Shown here: positions 63,378 to 64,000 of the stretch, piece by piece
Numbering within the stretch: position 1 is the stretch's first letter
Layout: every line of letters starts with the position of its first letter
Translations under genes and position numbers: made by a program
Assembly: GCA_965237955.1 (NCBI GenBank)
Contig: OZ250169.1
Location: forward strand, 7,776,001-7,840,000
Direction: 5' to 3'
DNA: 64,000 bases
From: Candidatus Marinacidobacterales bacterium
Lineage (GTDB): Bacteria; Acidobacteriota; Vicinamibacteria; Marinacidobacterales; SMYC01
The notes under the pieces: model-generated
Seen by the model: only the letters and a program-made list of their open reading frames with translations
The model's database searches: none
Told to the model about the DNA's origin: nothing

Positions 63378-64000
63378 GGCGCCCCGCCTTCAGTGTTCTC
63401 GACGAGCGTTCGTCTGATCGCAGCCGCCGCATGGACAGTCCGTGCCACCAGCAGCTCCAACTCCTCCCATTGGGTGAGTGCAGGACTGAACGGCAGGTCG
63501 CCCTCCACCGTCACCCGGTCGAGACGACTGTCATCCCGGTGCACACACACTTTCGCGTGCCCAAGTCTTCGCTGCAGCTCGTACAGCTCATCTAACACAG
63601 CTGTATCGTTCCGAAGGTCGAGCCTGCCGACCTCGCTGGTGCAACGGAGCAACGTCGAGTCACCGGACGTCTGGGATCTGAGCTCGAGCAGGAACCTCTT
63701 CTCTCCGCTCCCAGGACTATCCGATGCCTGTGGCATCAGGCGGCCATTCGCGAGCATGGCGAACCCTCGCTTCGTACGTTCACTGGTCGTACGAAGCGGT
63801 CGAACCACATAGTGCGCCACCAACGCTGACCAGAGGACATCGAAATGCCGTATCTGACTCGCGATGTCGGGCTTCTCGACTGCCGCGGACGTGAGCGCAC
63901 CATCCATCCAGCCCTCTCTCACCGGAAACGCCGATTCCAAGCGTCCGGCCGGTGGTTTGATGGCGTCAAGCTCTTCAAGCATCTCGCGAGCCATGTCGAC
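63365..64000 (-). CDS. C-terminal part of a larger protein (possibly helicase-associated), start outside window
   Basis: Frame open to the window edge; coupled to the downstream gene. Confidence 0.55.
   Translation of the reverse strand, partial: VDMAREMLEELDAIKPPAGRLESAFPVREGWMDGALTSAAVEKPDIASQIRHFDVLWSALVAHYVVRPLRTTSERTKRGFAMLANGRLMPQASDSPGSGEKRFLLELRSQTSGDSTLLRCTSEVGRLDLRNDTAVLDELYELQRRLGHAKVCVHRDDSRLDRVTVEGDLPFSPALTQWEELELLVARTVHAAAAIRRTLVENTEGGAPWND

Overview
GC-rich bacterial DNA, probably Acidobacteriota (inferred from several VPS10/BNR beta-propeller genes, an Oar-type TonB receptor tail and an MglA GTPase). About 1-21 kb: secreted enzymes (VPS10/BNR propellers, Tat-exported class V PLP enzyme, NHL/PAL propeller, PhoD, S10 peptidase) interrupted by ISL3, IS3 and IS5 elements and a small phage-like remnant. 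About 21-34.6 kb: a core-like block (MOSC, YprA/YprB helicase-exonuclease pair, MglA, NtrC-type regulator with a frameshifted kinase, receiver, BON, AAA/VWA). About 34.7-64 kb: a heavily rearranged mobile/defence graveyard (six full or partial copies of one IS903-group IS5, IS6, a second IS3, DUF2924 + large serine recombinase, fragments of IstB, RecD2, Mod methylase, DUF262, UDG-like and helicase-type genes) with a few intact cargo genes (second S10 peptidase, a UGA/SECIS selenocysteine peroxiredoxin, GH2). Most striking signals: (1) 12 copies of a 54-bp transposon end (terminal CGT + IR + IHF-consensus site) from an rve/IS481-like element, which pairs with several different right ends into chimeric mini-elements; (2) two independent inside-out deletion-inversion footprints of the IS5, shown by inverted 9-bp target duplications; (3) a selenoprotein that the ORF track splits at UGA. 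Family names come from motif recognition by eye; no database searches were run.
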